This document shows, piece after piece, positions 25,915 through 34,124 of a stretch of DNA of 49,795 nucleotides. The notes under the pieces are model-generated. The model was not told the origin of the DNA and ran no database searches. It was given only the letters and a program-made list of their open reading frames with translations. This DNA is from an uncultured Pseudobdellovibrionaceae bacterium. Lineage in GTDB: Bacteria > Pseudomonadota > Alphaproteobacteria > Micavibrionales > Micavibrionaceae. The DNA is taken from positions 1 to 49,795 of the forward strand of contig CAYPCP010000001.1 of the NCBI GenBank assembly GCA_964409255.1. The letters run 5' to 3'. The stretch's first letter is position 1; every line of letters starts with the position of its first letter. Both the position numbers and the translations under genes were made by a program.

Positions 25915-26445
25915 ATGCCGGGACGCATGATTCGGGGTTTCACAGACATTTTTTCTGGTTCTACACTCGCGCTGATTGGCGCGGTGTGTGCCGTTGGCCT
26001 TGCCGGGTGCGAACCCATCAAGCGCGATCCGCAGGTTGTCGCGACGCCGGATAAGGTTTCGCTCATGATGGCGGAAGCCGCGGACAAGGCCTCCAACGCC
26101 CTTGAAACGCTGGCCGCCGTCGAACAAAACAAATCGCCGGGCGTCGCCGTCCAGCCTATTCACAACGCGCCGCCGGAACTGCAGCGCGCCGTGACGGTGA
26201 ACTGGGTCGGCCCGCCGGAACAGGTCACGAAAACGCTCGCCGAACGCGCCAGCTATTCTTTTATCGCTGTGGGGAATCGCCCGCCGGTGCCGCCGATCGT
26301 GAATATCGACGTTGAAGGCGAACCGGTTATCGACGTCCTGCGCGACGTCGGCCTGCAGCTCGGCGTGCGCGGCGACATCAAGGTCGACAGCGTCCGCAAA
26401 ATCATTGAACTTCATTACGCGCCGGTGACCGGGCTGGGGGGCTGA
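25915..26445 (+). CDS. dotD: Type IVB secretion lipoprotein DotD (TraH-like)
   Basis: Lipobox LAGC. The C-terminal VTVNWVGPPEQVTKTLAERASYSFIAVGNRPPVPPIVNIDVEGEPVIDVLRDVGLQLGVRGDIKVDSVRKIIELHY parallels Legionella DotD (...VDWSGPIEELTARIAKAAHFRFRVLGKSPSVPVLISISTKDESLAEILRDIDYQAGKKASIHVYPNSQVVELRY, from memory). Confidence 0.9.
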   Translation: MPGRMIRGFTDIFSGSTLALIGAVCAVGLAGCEPIKRDPQVVATPDKVSLMMAEAADKASNALETLAAVEQNKSPGVAVQPIHNAPPELQRAVTVNWVGPPEQVTKTLAERASYSFIAVGNRPPVPPIVNIDVEGEPVIDVLRDVGLQLGVRGDIKVDSVRKIIELHYAPVTGLGG

Positions 26446-26449
26446 CCGT

Positions 26450-27301
26450 ATGCGCTCGCCATTCGCTCCGCGTTTTCTCCTGACATTGATCGCCGCTCTG
26501 GCGATCGGTGCCGTTGCATGCGCGGGCGCGGCGTCGGCGTCGCTTCTGGATGATGCGGATGATCCGCCGCCGCCATCGCTCAGCGAACTGCAATCCCTGC
26601 CCAAGGAAAATAAAAACATCGAAAGCGGCATGCCGATCGATATTCGCGGCGACGCGATGAAAGAATCCGCGCTGTCTTATGGCGCCCGTGGCGGTCTTGC
26701 GTGGCGCACGTTTGAAATTCGTCAGGAAATGGAAACCCGCGCCCGTTACATGGACAAGGTGTTCGATTTCCGCCAGCTGTTGATCCCCGCGCAATCGGGC
26801 CTGCTGATCGAACCGCCGGTAATCTCCGAACAGCTCGATGCGATGATCATCGATTCAAGCGGTCAGAACGCCGCCGTGGCGGATCAGGTGCTTAATATCG
26901 GCCGCAATGCCCGCATCGTTTCCGCGCCGCGCACATGGCGTGCCTATCTGGAACGCCAATGGGGCGATGTTTCGCCGCCGCCCGATATCCTGCGTCCTGA
27001 AAACCCGCTGGAACGCGATCAATGGAATGCCGCCGTTGCCGAAGGCTGGAAAGCCGGCGTTCAACAGGCCGATGATATTTTCCAAACCGATCTGAATAAA
27101 CTGGTTGCCGATTACCAAGGGATGATCCGGTATCGCACCCTTCTTTCCCAGGGCATGGTATCGCCGCCTTATGCGCTTCAAACCGACCGCGGTGTCACCG
27201 GCGGCGGTAGCGAAATGCGCGTTGGCGACCGTGCCTTGACCATCACCGCGCCCCCCGCCCTCAAGCCCCAGTATAATCAATGGTCGCCCGCAGACCGATA
27301 A
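26450..27301 (+). CDS. dotC: Type IVB secretion lipoprotein DotC (TraI-like)
   Basis: N-terminal signal with Cys (AIGAVAC). ALSYGARGGLAWR, LLIEPPVISE, RTWRAYL, MIRYRTLLSQGMVSPPYALQTDRGVTGGGSEMRVGDRALTITAPPAL parallels Legionella DotC (..MILYRKLLAMNMVSPPYVSHTDLGVTGDGSEIHIDDRVLRITALPEL, from memory). It starts 4 nt after the dotD stop. Confidence 0.92.
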   Translation: MRSPFAPRFLLTLIAALAIGAVACAGAASASLLDDADDPPPPSLSELQSLPKENKNIESGMPIDIRGDAMKESALSYGARGGLAWRTFEIRQEMETRARYMDKVFDFRQLLIPAQSGLLIEPPVISEQLDAMIIDSSGQNAAVADQVLNIGRNARIVSAPRTWRAYLERQWGDVSPPPDILRPENPLERDQWNAAVAEGWKAGVQQADDIFQTDLNKLVADYQGMIRYRTLLSQGMVSPPYALQTDRGVTGGGSEMRVGDRALTITAPPALKPQYNQWSPADR

Positions 27302-28449
27302 GCCTTCTTAAATCGAAGGACAGCGTCGCCGAAACATGGATCGATGAACCCACGCGGTTTACCGATGCGCATGTCGATCCGTTCATTCTGTGGTGCGTGA
27401 AGAAAAACTCGTCCGATATTTCCATCCAGACCGACCGGCCGATTTACAACGAAATTTACGGCACGCTCTATCCCGGCACGTTCCGCCCGATCGACGCGGC
27501 CGACATGGGCGTGTTCCTGCATAAAATTTACGGGCCGGATGCCACTGCGCGTCTGGCGTCGGGAACCGATCTCGATCTGTCTTACGAAATCCGCCCCGAT
27601 CGTTATACGCGCGTGCGCTTTCGTGTGAACGTTACGCCGATCCTGTCCCGTGGCCGTGATTCTGCGCAGATCACAATGCGCGTCCTACCCAGCGAACCGC
27701 CGACGATGGAAGATCTCAACGTCGAAGAGGCGATTATCAAGGCCTGGAATCCGCGGCAGGGCATGGTCGTTATCACCGGCCCGACGGGTTCGGGGAAAAC
27801 CACGCTGCTTGCCGCCGGTATCCGCATGTTGATCGAGCGCAAGCGCGGGGCCGGAAAAATCGTCTGTTACGAAGCGCCGATCGAATATGTGTATGACGCG
27901 ATCAAATCGCCGCGCTCCCTGATTTCACAAACTGAAATTCCGCGCCACCTGCCGGACTTCGCCCGCGGCGTGCGCAACGCGCTGCGCCGTAAACCGAACA
28001 TCATCCTGGTGGGTGAGGCGCGGGACAAGGAAACGATTTCCGCCGCGATCGAAGCCTCGCAAACCGGCCACACCGTGTATACGACGACCCACACGGTCGG
28101 CGTGTCCGCGACGATCCAGCGTATGGTCGCCACCTTCGATCCGGGCGAGCGTTCCGAACGCGCGTACGCGCTCATGGAAACGATCCGCCTGATCGTGACC
28201 CAGACGCTGGTGCCGAAGGTTGGCGGGGGCCGTCTGGGCGTGCGGGAATGGATGGTGTTCTCGGACGAGGTCCGCGATAAATTCCTGTCCATGGACTTCA
28301 AGCTCTGGCCCGCCGAGATCCAGCGTATTATCCAGTTCAACGGCCGCACCATGGCCAATTCCGCCGGTATCGCCTTCGATGCCGGATTAATCGACCGCCG
28401 CACTTATATTATGCTATCATCGAGTACGGGCGCCGGTGGCGGCGATTAA
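27280..28449 (+). CDS. dotB: Type IVB secretion ATPase DotB (PilT/TraJ-like)
   Basis: IDEPTRFTDAHVDPF, ITGPTGSGKTTLLAA (Walker A), SQTEIPRHLPDFARGVRNALRRKPNIILVGEARD, TGHTVYTTTHT. Near-colinear with Legionella DotB as I remember it. Overlaps the dotC 3' end by 22 nt. Confidence 0.95.
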   Translation: MVARRPISLLKSKDSVAETWIDEPTRFTDAHVDPFILWCVKKNSSDISIQTDRPIYNEIYGTLYPGTFRPIDAADMGVFLHKIYGPDATARLASGTDLDLSYEIRPDRYTRVRFRVNVTPILSRGRDSAQITMRVLPSEPPTMEDLNVEEAIIKAWNPRQGMVVITGPTGSGKTTLLAAGIRMLIERKRGAGKIVCYEAPIEYVYDAIKSPRSLISQTEIPRHLPDFARGVRNALRRKPNIILVGEARDKETISAAIEASQTGHTVYTTTHTVGVSATIQRMVATFDPGERSERAYALMETIRLIVTQTLVPKVGGGRLGVREWMVFSDEVRDKFLSMDFKLWPAEIQRIIQFNGRTMANSAGIAFDAGLIDRRTYIMLSSSTGAGGGD

Positions 28450-28470
28450 CCTTTTCCATCAGGGGCTTGT

Positions 28471-28770
28471 ATGGGCGTCAGAGAAGATACAGAAGAAGAA
28501 CGGGTCAACTGGCACTGGCGGAATACCATGCGCCCGGTCCGCTTTTTCGGCCTTGATGCCCGCGCCGCGTGGCCGTTTTGTGTGCTTTTGGTCTATTTCC
28601 GTCCGATTTCCCTGTTTCTGACCATCGTGATTACGGTCGTCTTCGTCCAACTGGAACGAAAAGGCCTGTCCTTCGATTCCGCTCTGCGCGCGTTCCGGAA
28701 CTGGATATTGGGCCAGCGCCGCCCGGCCTGGTTGTCCGTGCGCCGCCGCCGCATGGTCGATTACGGCTAA
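28471..28770 (+). CDS. icmT: Type IVB secretion protein IcmT (TraK-like)
   Basis: 99 aa. HWRNTMRPVRFFGLDARAAWPFCVLLVYFRPISLFLTIVITVVFVQLERKGLSFDSALRAFRNWILG parallels the IcmT/TraK pattern HWRDSAR..KFF..DA.AAFPLLLFLLHI..WTF....LER.....VFLRWLR. Confidence 0.8.
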   Translation: MGVREDTEEERVNWHWRNTMRPVRFFGLDARAAWPFCVLLVYFRPISLFLTIVITVVFVQLERKGLSFDSALRAFRNWILGQRRPAWLSVRRRRMVDYG

Positions 28771-28871
28771 AATCCGCCAGAAAATCATCCCCTTGAGTCT
28801 TGTCATTTGGTGCGTGCCGTTCTATCGTGCGGCTATTCTTTCAGCCGCCAAAAATTCAAGGGATGTGCCGC

Positions 28872-29957
28872 ATGATGCGCTCGATCGCAATGTCTTCCGT
28901 TTTTGCTCTGGGTCTTTTCGCCGCCGCGCCCGCGTTGGCCGGTTTTGAATGGGTTCCCCCCGCGCAGGCGCCCGCCCCCGTGCCGCAGCAACAGGCCGCG
29001 CAGCCTGACATGCAATCGATGCCGTCCTACGGCTACGCGCCGCAGGGCCAGATGATGCAGCCGACGCCGATGCCCGCGCCCGCCATGACGATGCACTACC
29101 CGCCGATGCAGGAACAAGGTTATTACGCCGGGGCGCAGGCCTTCGCGAATCCGGTTCCGCCCGCGCCGGTCCCGTCCGCTTCCGCCGGCGGCCTGACGAT
29201 CAATCCCTATCCGCTGGTTCAGGCGGGCTATGCGCCCACGATGATGAATACCGGCACGGTCGAAGGCGCGATGCTGTCCGCCTCGAACACGCTCAATCCG
29301 GTGCAACTGGGTAACGGCATGACCACGGGCGGCAAGGCGCGTCCGATCGCGCCAAGCATTCCCGCCGCCGCGCCGCAGATGATGCAACAGGGCGCCGCGA
29401 TGCAGCCATCGATCAATATGGGTATGGCACCCACCGCCGGGACAAGCCTTAGCGCGATGCCCGGTGGCAATCCCGCGCCGATGGCGGTCTATGGTTATGA
29501 TGGCCAGCCTGTATCCGGTGCGTATGCCGCGCCGCAGGTCATGCGCGCGCCGATCGCGCCGCCCCCGGCGCCGGTTGCGGCCGCCCCGCTGACGCCGCCG
29601 CCCGCTGTGATGGATCGCGGACAGGCCGATAATAATTATCCCGTCCACGCCCAGACGGCGATGATGCAGCCGCCGGTGGAAACGCCGCGTCCGCCAATGG
29701 CGCAACCGGCATCGCTGCCCGCGCAAAGCAATCTTCCCGACGCTGTCGGTTTCGGCAAAGACCTGCCGCTGGCGCTGGCCCTGTCGCAGATCATTCCCGG
29801 CGATTACGCCCTGTTCTTTGAAAGCGCGGTCGATTCCGAAACGACCGTGTCGTGGCAAGGCGGCAAGGCCTGGGATCAGGTGCTTCAGGAAATGCTCGCG
29901 CCGCTGGGTCTGCGCGCTGTCATTCAACCCAACCTCGTGATGATCCGCAGTGCTTAG
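28872..29957 (+). CDS. Secreted Pro/Gln/Ala/Met-rich protein with a C-terminal TcpQ/PilL-like domain (tentative)
   Basis: Track ORF starts at TTG 28800. ATG 28872 (AAGGGA 10 nt upstream) gives the signal peptide MMRSIAMSSVFALGLFAAAPALA. A long low-complexity middle, then DAVGFGKDLPLALALSQIIPGDYALFFESAVDSETTVSWQGGKAWDQVLQEMLAPLGLRAVIQPNLVMIR, which resembles the TcpQ/PilL C-terminal domain. The antisense ORF 28833..29927 is Arg/His-rich. Confidence 0.6.
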   Translation: MMRSIAMSSVFALGLFAAAPALAGFEWVPPAQAPAPVPQQQAAQPDMQSMPSYGYAPQGQMMQPTPMPAPAMTMHYPPMQEQGYYAGAQAFANPVPPAPVPSASAGGLTINPYPLVQAGYAPTMMNTGTVEGAMLSASNTLNPVQLGNGMTTGGKARPIAPSIPAAAPQMMQQGAAMQPSINMGMAPTAGTSLSAMPGGNPAPMAVYGYDGQPVSGAYAAPQVMRAPIAPPPAPVAAAPLTPPPAVMDRGQADNNYPVHAQTAMMQPPVETPRPPMAQPASLPAQSNLPDAVGFGKDLPLALALSQIIPGDYALFFESAVDSETTVSWQGGKAWDQVLQEMLAPLGLRAVIQPNLVMIRSA

Positions 29958-30408
29958 GCCTTCGCCGGAAAAACCGCGTTTTTCGCTGCCGGAAACGGCG
30001 CTGGTGATTATCGTCGCCGCGGTGCTGATCGGCGGAATTTACGGCCTGACCAATCTTTTCATGCGCAATGACCGTGTCGAGGCCGCGCTCGCGACGCTCG
30101 CATGGCTGCAGCAAAATCCGCAAAGCCCCGAAGCCGATCCGATGGACCCGTGGGGGAAACCGATCGCCGTCGTCATGACGGATCAGAATTTTTCCGTGAC
30201 GTTTGCCGCCGTGCCGCCCGGCGCATGCAAAAAGATGGCGAAAAACTTCAACCGTTCGGATGCGTCGTTCATTTCATTGAGCATCAACAGCACGGTATTC
30301 CGCGAAGGGGCGGAGGAATTCAACGCCCAGCCGATCGCCAAAGCCTGCAGCGAAAAAGAGAACGCCATCATGATATGGACGTTCTCTCTTCTCGTTGAGC
30401 CTGCCTGA
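29950..30408 (+). CDS. Type IV pilin/pseudopilin-like protein (non-canonical leader)
   Basis: GTG start overlaps the upstream stop. ..EKPR/FSLPETALVIIVAAVLIGGIYGL has Glu at +5 and a hydrophobic helix, but Arg rather than Gly at -1. DPMDPWGKPI (pseudopilin DPWG motif). C-terminal Cys pair (GACKKM....KACSEKE). Confidence 0.55.
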   Translation: MLRPSPEKPRFSLPETALVIIVAAVLIGGIYGLTNLFMRNDRVEAALATLAWLQQNPQSPEADPMDPWGKPIAVVMTDQNFSVTFAAVPPGACKKMAKNFNRSDASFISLSINSTVFREGAEEFNAQPIAKACSEKENAIMIWTFSLLVEPA

Positions 30409-30415
30409 TTTATTT

Positions 30416-31540
30416 CTAGATATACCGCGTCATCGACAGTTCGGAGAGCATCGCCGTTACGCGGTATGATGCGTCGAGCTGCGTTTGCATCTGCAAGATC
30501 TTGGCCGCGACATCGGTTTCATCGACGTTCTCGATATCGCTGATAATGCTGACCAGCGAATTGATGTCCGTCTGGTGGCTTACCTTGATGGTCGTGATCT
30601 GCGCGTGAACCTGCGAGAGCTTGAAGCTCTGGTCGTCGAGCTTGTCGAGCGCGTTATTGATAACCGTTGATAGATCTTTGATCACCGCAAAGAAATTGTC
30701 CTGCTTTTCGCGCGGCGGGAAAGGCGGCGTATCTTCCGGCAATGTCGTTGCCGTTGCATCGTTCAATGCGCCCGGCGCGTGTTCGACCGGCGGCAGGGAC
30801 TTCAGGACGTTGAACGCCATGATAAGATCTTTCATGCCCGGCGTGTCGGCCAGAACCGTGTAATCGAATTCGGCATTGTCATCGACGCGGACAAAAACCT
30901 TGCCCGCCGTGTTATTCGTCAGCGACGCCGAATAACCCATGATGGTTTCGTTCGTGCCCTTGTACGATGCCATGAACTGCTCGGTCGTGATCGTGCCGTC
31001 GCCCCATTGCCCCACGACGCCCGACGCCACGAGCGGCGGATTTGTCAGGTCGGTTGCATCGGGAACGAATTGTCCTAAAAAGCTTTCGAAAAGGCCCGTA
31101 TCGCTGATGGGTTTGGTCTTGCTGTCTGCGCCGGAAAAAAGATAACGGTCGCCATCGCGGATATTCATCGTATCGACTACAAAGTCGAGGGTGTTCTTCA
31201 CCAGCGCCTGAATGGTTTCCAGTTCCGGGTAGTCGCCTTCCTGCACGGCGACGACAAGCGCGTCGGCGATATTGTCCGCCTGTTTCTTGATGTCTTCGAT
31301 GGCATTCATCATCAGCTTCAGGCGGCGGTCCGCGTGCGTGATGTTGTTGACATAGGTTTCCAGCGCCGACGCGTCCGTCCGCGCGCGTTGCGATGCGATA
31401 ATATCGCCGCCCAGACCGGAAAAAACCTGCGTCTTTTTGCCGGTCGCCTGTTGCATCAGGAGATGGTCCATCGTCAGACGCTGCGTTTTCAGACGCGCGA
31501 TCTGGTCAAGGGCCTGACCGAGGGATGAAATATTTGCCAT
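30416..31540 (-). CDS. flgL: Flagellar hook-associated protein 3, FlgL
   Basis: 374 aa with AAGGAGACGTTGTC upstream of the ATG. Flagellin-like N-terminus (MANISSLGQALDQIARLKTQRLTMDHLLMQQATGKK) and C-terminus (DVAAKILQMQTQLDASYRVTAMLSELSMTRYI). It follows flgK by 30 nt. Confidence 0.85.
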   Translation of the reverse strand: MANISSLGQALDQIARLKTQRLTMDHLLMQQATGKKTQVFSGLGGDIIASQRARTDASALETYVNNITHADRRLKLMMNAIEDIKKQADNIADALVVAVQEGDYPELETIQALVKNTLDFVVDTMNIRDGDRYLFSGADSKTKPISDTGLFESFLGQFVPDATDLTNPPLVASGVVGQWGDGTITTEQFMASYKGTNETIMGYSASLTNNTAGKVFVRVDDNAEFDYTVLADTPGMKDLIMAFNVLKSLPPVEHAPGALNDATATTLPEDTPPFPPREKQDNFFAVIKDLSTVINNALDKLDDQSFKLSQVHAQITTIKVSHQTDINSLVSIISDIENVDETDVAAKILQMQTQLDASYRVTAMLSELSMTRYI

Positions 31541-31570
31541 GACAACGTCTCCTTAAAAAAATTCTACCGC

Positions 31571-34021
31571 TTAACGCACCGCGTTGAGCAATTCCTGAAA
31601 CATCTCATCCGCCGCAGTAACGGCGCGCGCGGCCGCCGCATATGCGGTCTGAACGATGATAAGATGCGATAATTCTTCGTCGATATTCACGCCGCTTTCG
31701 TCGAGAAGCTGGCGCTGCAAAAGATCGCGCAGCGTGCCTTCGTCTTCGGTCTGGTTTTGAACGGTAATCAGGTCCTGCATCTGCGCGTTGATCATTTTCT
31801 GGCCGAAATCCAGGATGTTGATCCCCGTGACGATACCCGTGCGGATATTCGCGCCGGGGCCCAGATACTGGGTGCGGAACGGGGCATAAGTGTTCGATCC
31901 CGCCGTGATTTCCGATTCATAAAAAACATCCGTCAGCGGCGATTGTTCCGTTACCGTTCCGCCCGACACGGCATAGCTGCCGAAAATGGCGCCCACGATT
32001 CCCACCGATGCCGGCAGGGCGGCCAGCGCAGGGTTGACCGCGCCGTTGGTCGAGAACGGACCGCCGATGATGCGCAGATCGCCGCCATAGCTCGGGCCGC
32101 CGTTCGAATCGTCGATTCCCGGACGGATCGTCAGGCGGCCGGTCAACGCGTCGAAATCGACATGCAATCCCGGAACGCCGGTCTGCGTCGCCAGGTCCCA
32201 TTCCAGCTTGTCGATCAGGTTCGTCTGCGTATCGCCCGGTTCGATGGTGATGCGCATGCGCGCGCCGTTGCCGACCTGAATGTCGAAATACGGATCTTCC
32301 GCGGCATAGGCCTGTTCCTGAAAGCCCAGAACGGCGAGGGCGTCGCTGCCCATCGATCCGGCAAAACTGCTGCCGTCGAACGACACGTCGCCGCGCGATT
32401 CGATGACAAGCTGGCCATGCGAATTGCGCGTCGCCTGCGCGGCAAGATCGGCGGGCACGCCCGACAGGGCGATCTGGCTGTTGATTTCCGATATGATCTG
32501 GTCGAGCGCGTCATTCACGCCCGGCCCGATGGGGAAGTTCGTCGACGCGTCGCTCAGGTCGATCGTGATCGTCGTCGTGCCCGGTCCGGTGCGGTTGTTG
32601 AACGTGATGCGGAACTGGTCGTCCGCCGGCCAGTTGGGGAAATATTCGTCCAGCGCCTCGGCAATATCCGTGTTGCTGCCGACGATGGCGTCATCGATCT
32701 GCGGGAACGACCCGAGATTGACGCCGCCCACCACCCGGTTCTGCGAATAAAGCCCAAGCCATTCCTGAAGATCCGTTGCGGGCGCCGTGATGTTCAGGTC
32801 GGTGGTTCCCGCCGCTTCCATGTAGGAAACGTCGCCGAACGTGAATTCAAGGACGCGGCGTATGACCTCGTTCGATCCGGTCGGCAACTCAACGTCTGCC
32901 GTGTATGTCCCGCGCTGGAGCAGCGTGATGTCGTTGATGATATTGGTGTTGACCTGAATGACGCCGGAAAATCCGACATATTCGACGGCTACCGGCGGCG
33001 GTCCTGCATTCGGGTCTGGCGGCGTGTTCGCCGGGATCTGACCCGACGAATCTGTGAACAGGCGCAGGCCCTGCGCATCGAAGCGCAGCGCGAGCTTGTG
33101 CGCCAGCTCGTCCATCTGCGCCTGATACCGCGGCAGAATGTCGTCGCGCAGTTCGAGAAGACCGCCCAGCTTGCCGCCGATATTCGTGTCGGCGATGTCG
33201 TACGCCGTGACGATGCGGGTGGGGTCGCCGCCGACATACAGCCCGGCCGCGGAATCGGGATAAGACGATGTCGGGCCGATCATGGTCGGGTTGAAGAAAA
33301 GAACTTCGGGATTTTCATCCGCGAGCTGCACGCCCGTGCGCGTCTGCACGACAAGCACGCCGTCGCCGCGCTGGAAGAAGGAAATCTCGATAAGCTCGGA
33401 AAGCTTCTTGATGGCTTCGTCGCGCTGGTCTTCGATATTGGCGGTCGGGCGGTTGAGGTTCGCCGCGCCCTTGATGTCGCGGTTGAACGCGGAAATCTGT
33501 TTGAGCAGCGTGTTGACGGTATCCACCGTCAGGGACATTTCGTCCTGCGCGTCGCTGCGCTGCTGCGTGATCAGGCGCTGGAAGCCGTTGAACTTGCGGG
33601 CGACATCGCCGGCCTGATCCAGGACGGCCTGAAGCTGGAACCCGTCTTCGGGCGCGTCGGCGAGGGCGGCAAAAGCGTCCTTGAGTTCGGAAATTTGTGC
33701 CGCGATCGACAGGCCCTTGTCCGGCGGCCCGTGAAAGGCCTCGATATTGGAAAGATAGGTCTCTTTGACGTTCAGGGCGCTGACCGAGCTGATCTGCGTC
33801 CACAGGTCGCGGGACAGGTCGAGACTGACATTACGCAGAATCGTGTGGGACCGGACACCGATGCTTTCCCCTGTGCCTTGAATGACTTGGGTCGATTGCG
33901 GCAATATTTTCCGCGAATACCCGGGGGTATTCACGTTGGATACGTTGCTGGAAATCGTATTCAGCTGCTGCTGCGCGATCCGCAGGCCGCTCAGGGCGGC
34001 GTTCAGGGCCTGAAAAGACAT
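31571..34021 (-). CDS. flgK: Flagellar hook-associated protein 1, FlgK
   Basis: Preferred ATG 34021: MSFQALNAALSGLRIAQQQLNTISSNVSNVNTPGYSRK (canonical FlgK N-terminus). C-terminus GVNIDEELSHLIIVQTAYAAAARAVTAADEMFQELLNAV. 816 aa. Confidence 0.92.
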   Translation of the reverse strand: MSFQALNAALSGLRIAQQQLNTISSNVSNVNTPGYSRKILPQSTQVIQGTGESIGVRSHTILRNVSLDLSRDLWTQISSVSALNVKETYLSNIEAFHGPPDKGLSIAAQISELKDAFAALADAPEDGFQLQAVLDQAGDVARKFNGFQRLITQQRSDAQDEMSLTVDTVNTLLKQISAFNRDIKGAANLNRPTANIEDQRDEAIKKLSELIEISFFQRGDGVLVVQTRTGVQLADENPEVLFFNPTMIGPTSSYPDSAAGLYVGGDPTRIVTAYDIADTNIGGKLGGLLELRDDILPRYQAQMDELAHKLALRFDAQGLRLFTDSSGQIPANTPPDPNAGPPPVAVEYVGFSGVIQVNTNIINDITLLQRGTYTADVELPTGSNEVIRRVLEFTFGDVSYMEAAGTTDLNITAPATDLQEWLGLYSQNRVVGGVNLGSFPQIDDAIVGSNTDIAEALDEYFPNWPADDQFRITFNNRTGPGTTTITIDLSDASTNFPIGPGVNDALDQIISEINSQIALSGVPADLAAQATRNSHGQLVIESRGDVSFDGSSFAGSMGSDALAVLGFQEQAYAAEDPYFDIQVGNGARMRITIEPGDTQTNLIDKLEWDLATQTGVPGLHVDFDALTGRLTIRPGIDDSNGGPSYGGDLRIIGGPFSTNGAVNPALAALPASVGIVGAIFGSYAVSGGTVTEQSPLTDVFYESEITAGSNTYAPFRTQYLGPGANIRTGIVTGINILDFGQKMINAQMQDLITVQNQTEDEGTLRDLLQRQLLDESGVNIDEELSHLIIVQTAYAAAARAVTAADEMFQELLNAVR

Positions 34022-34079
34022 AAATCCGTGCCTTTCGACGTTCCGGGGCCGCACCGTACGGCCCTTCGAAAGGGATAAA

Positions 34080-34095
34080 TGCAAGGATGGTGCCA
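34080..34095 (-). promoter_or_regulatory. Sigma54 (-24/-12) promoter upstream of flgK
   Basis: The minus strand reads TGGCAC-CATCC-TTGCA, matching the TGGCAC-N5-TTGCW consensus at every position. It lies in the 103-nt gap between the stop of 34125..36095 and the flgK ATG, leaving a ~50-nt leader. Confidence 0.65.
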
Positions 34096-34124
34096 GTCCG
34101 GCGGGCGGCCCGGGTCCCGGGGCC

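Noticed and set aside
31757-34078. 773-aa plus-strand ORF
   Set aside because: It lies entirely antisense to flgK. The translation is Arg/Gly/Asp/Val-rich, typical of antisense frames in GC-rich DNA. The minus-strand frame gives canonical FlgK termini.
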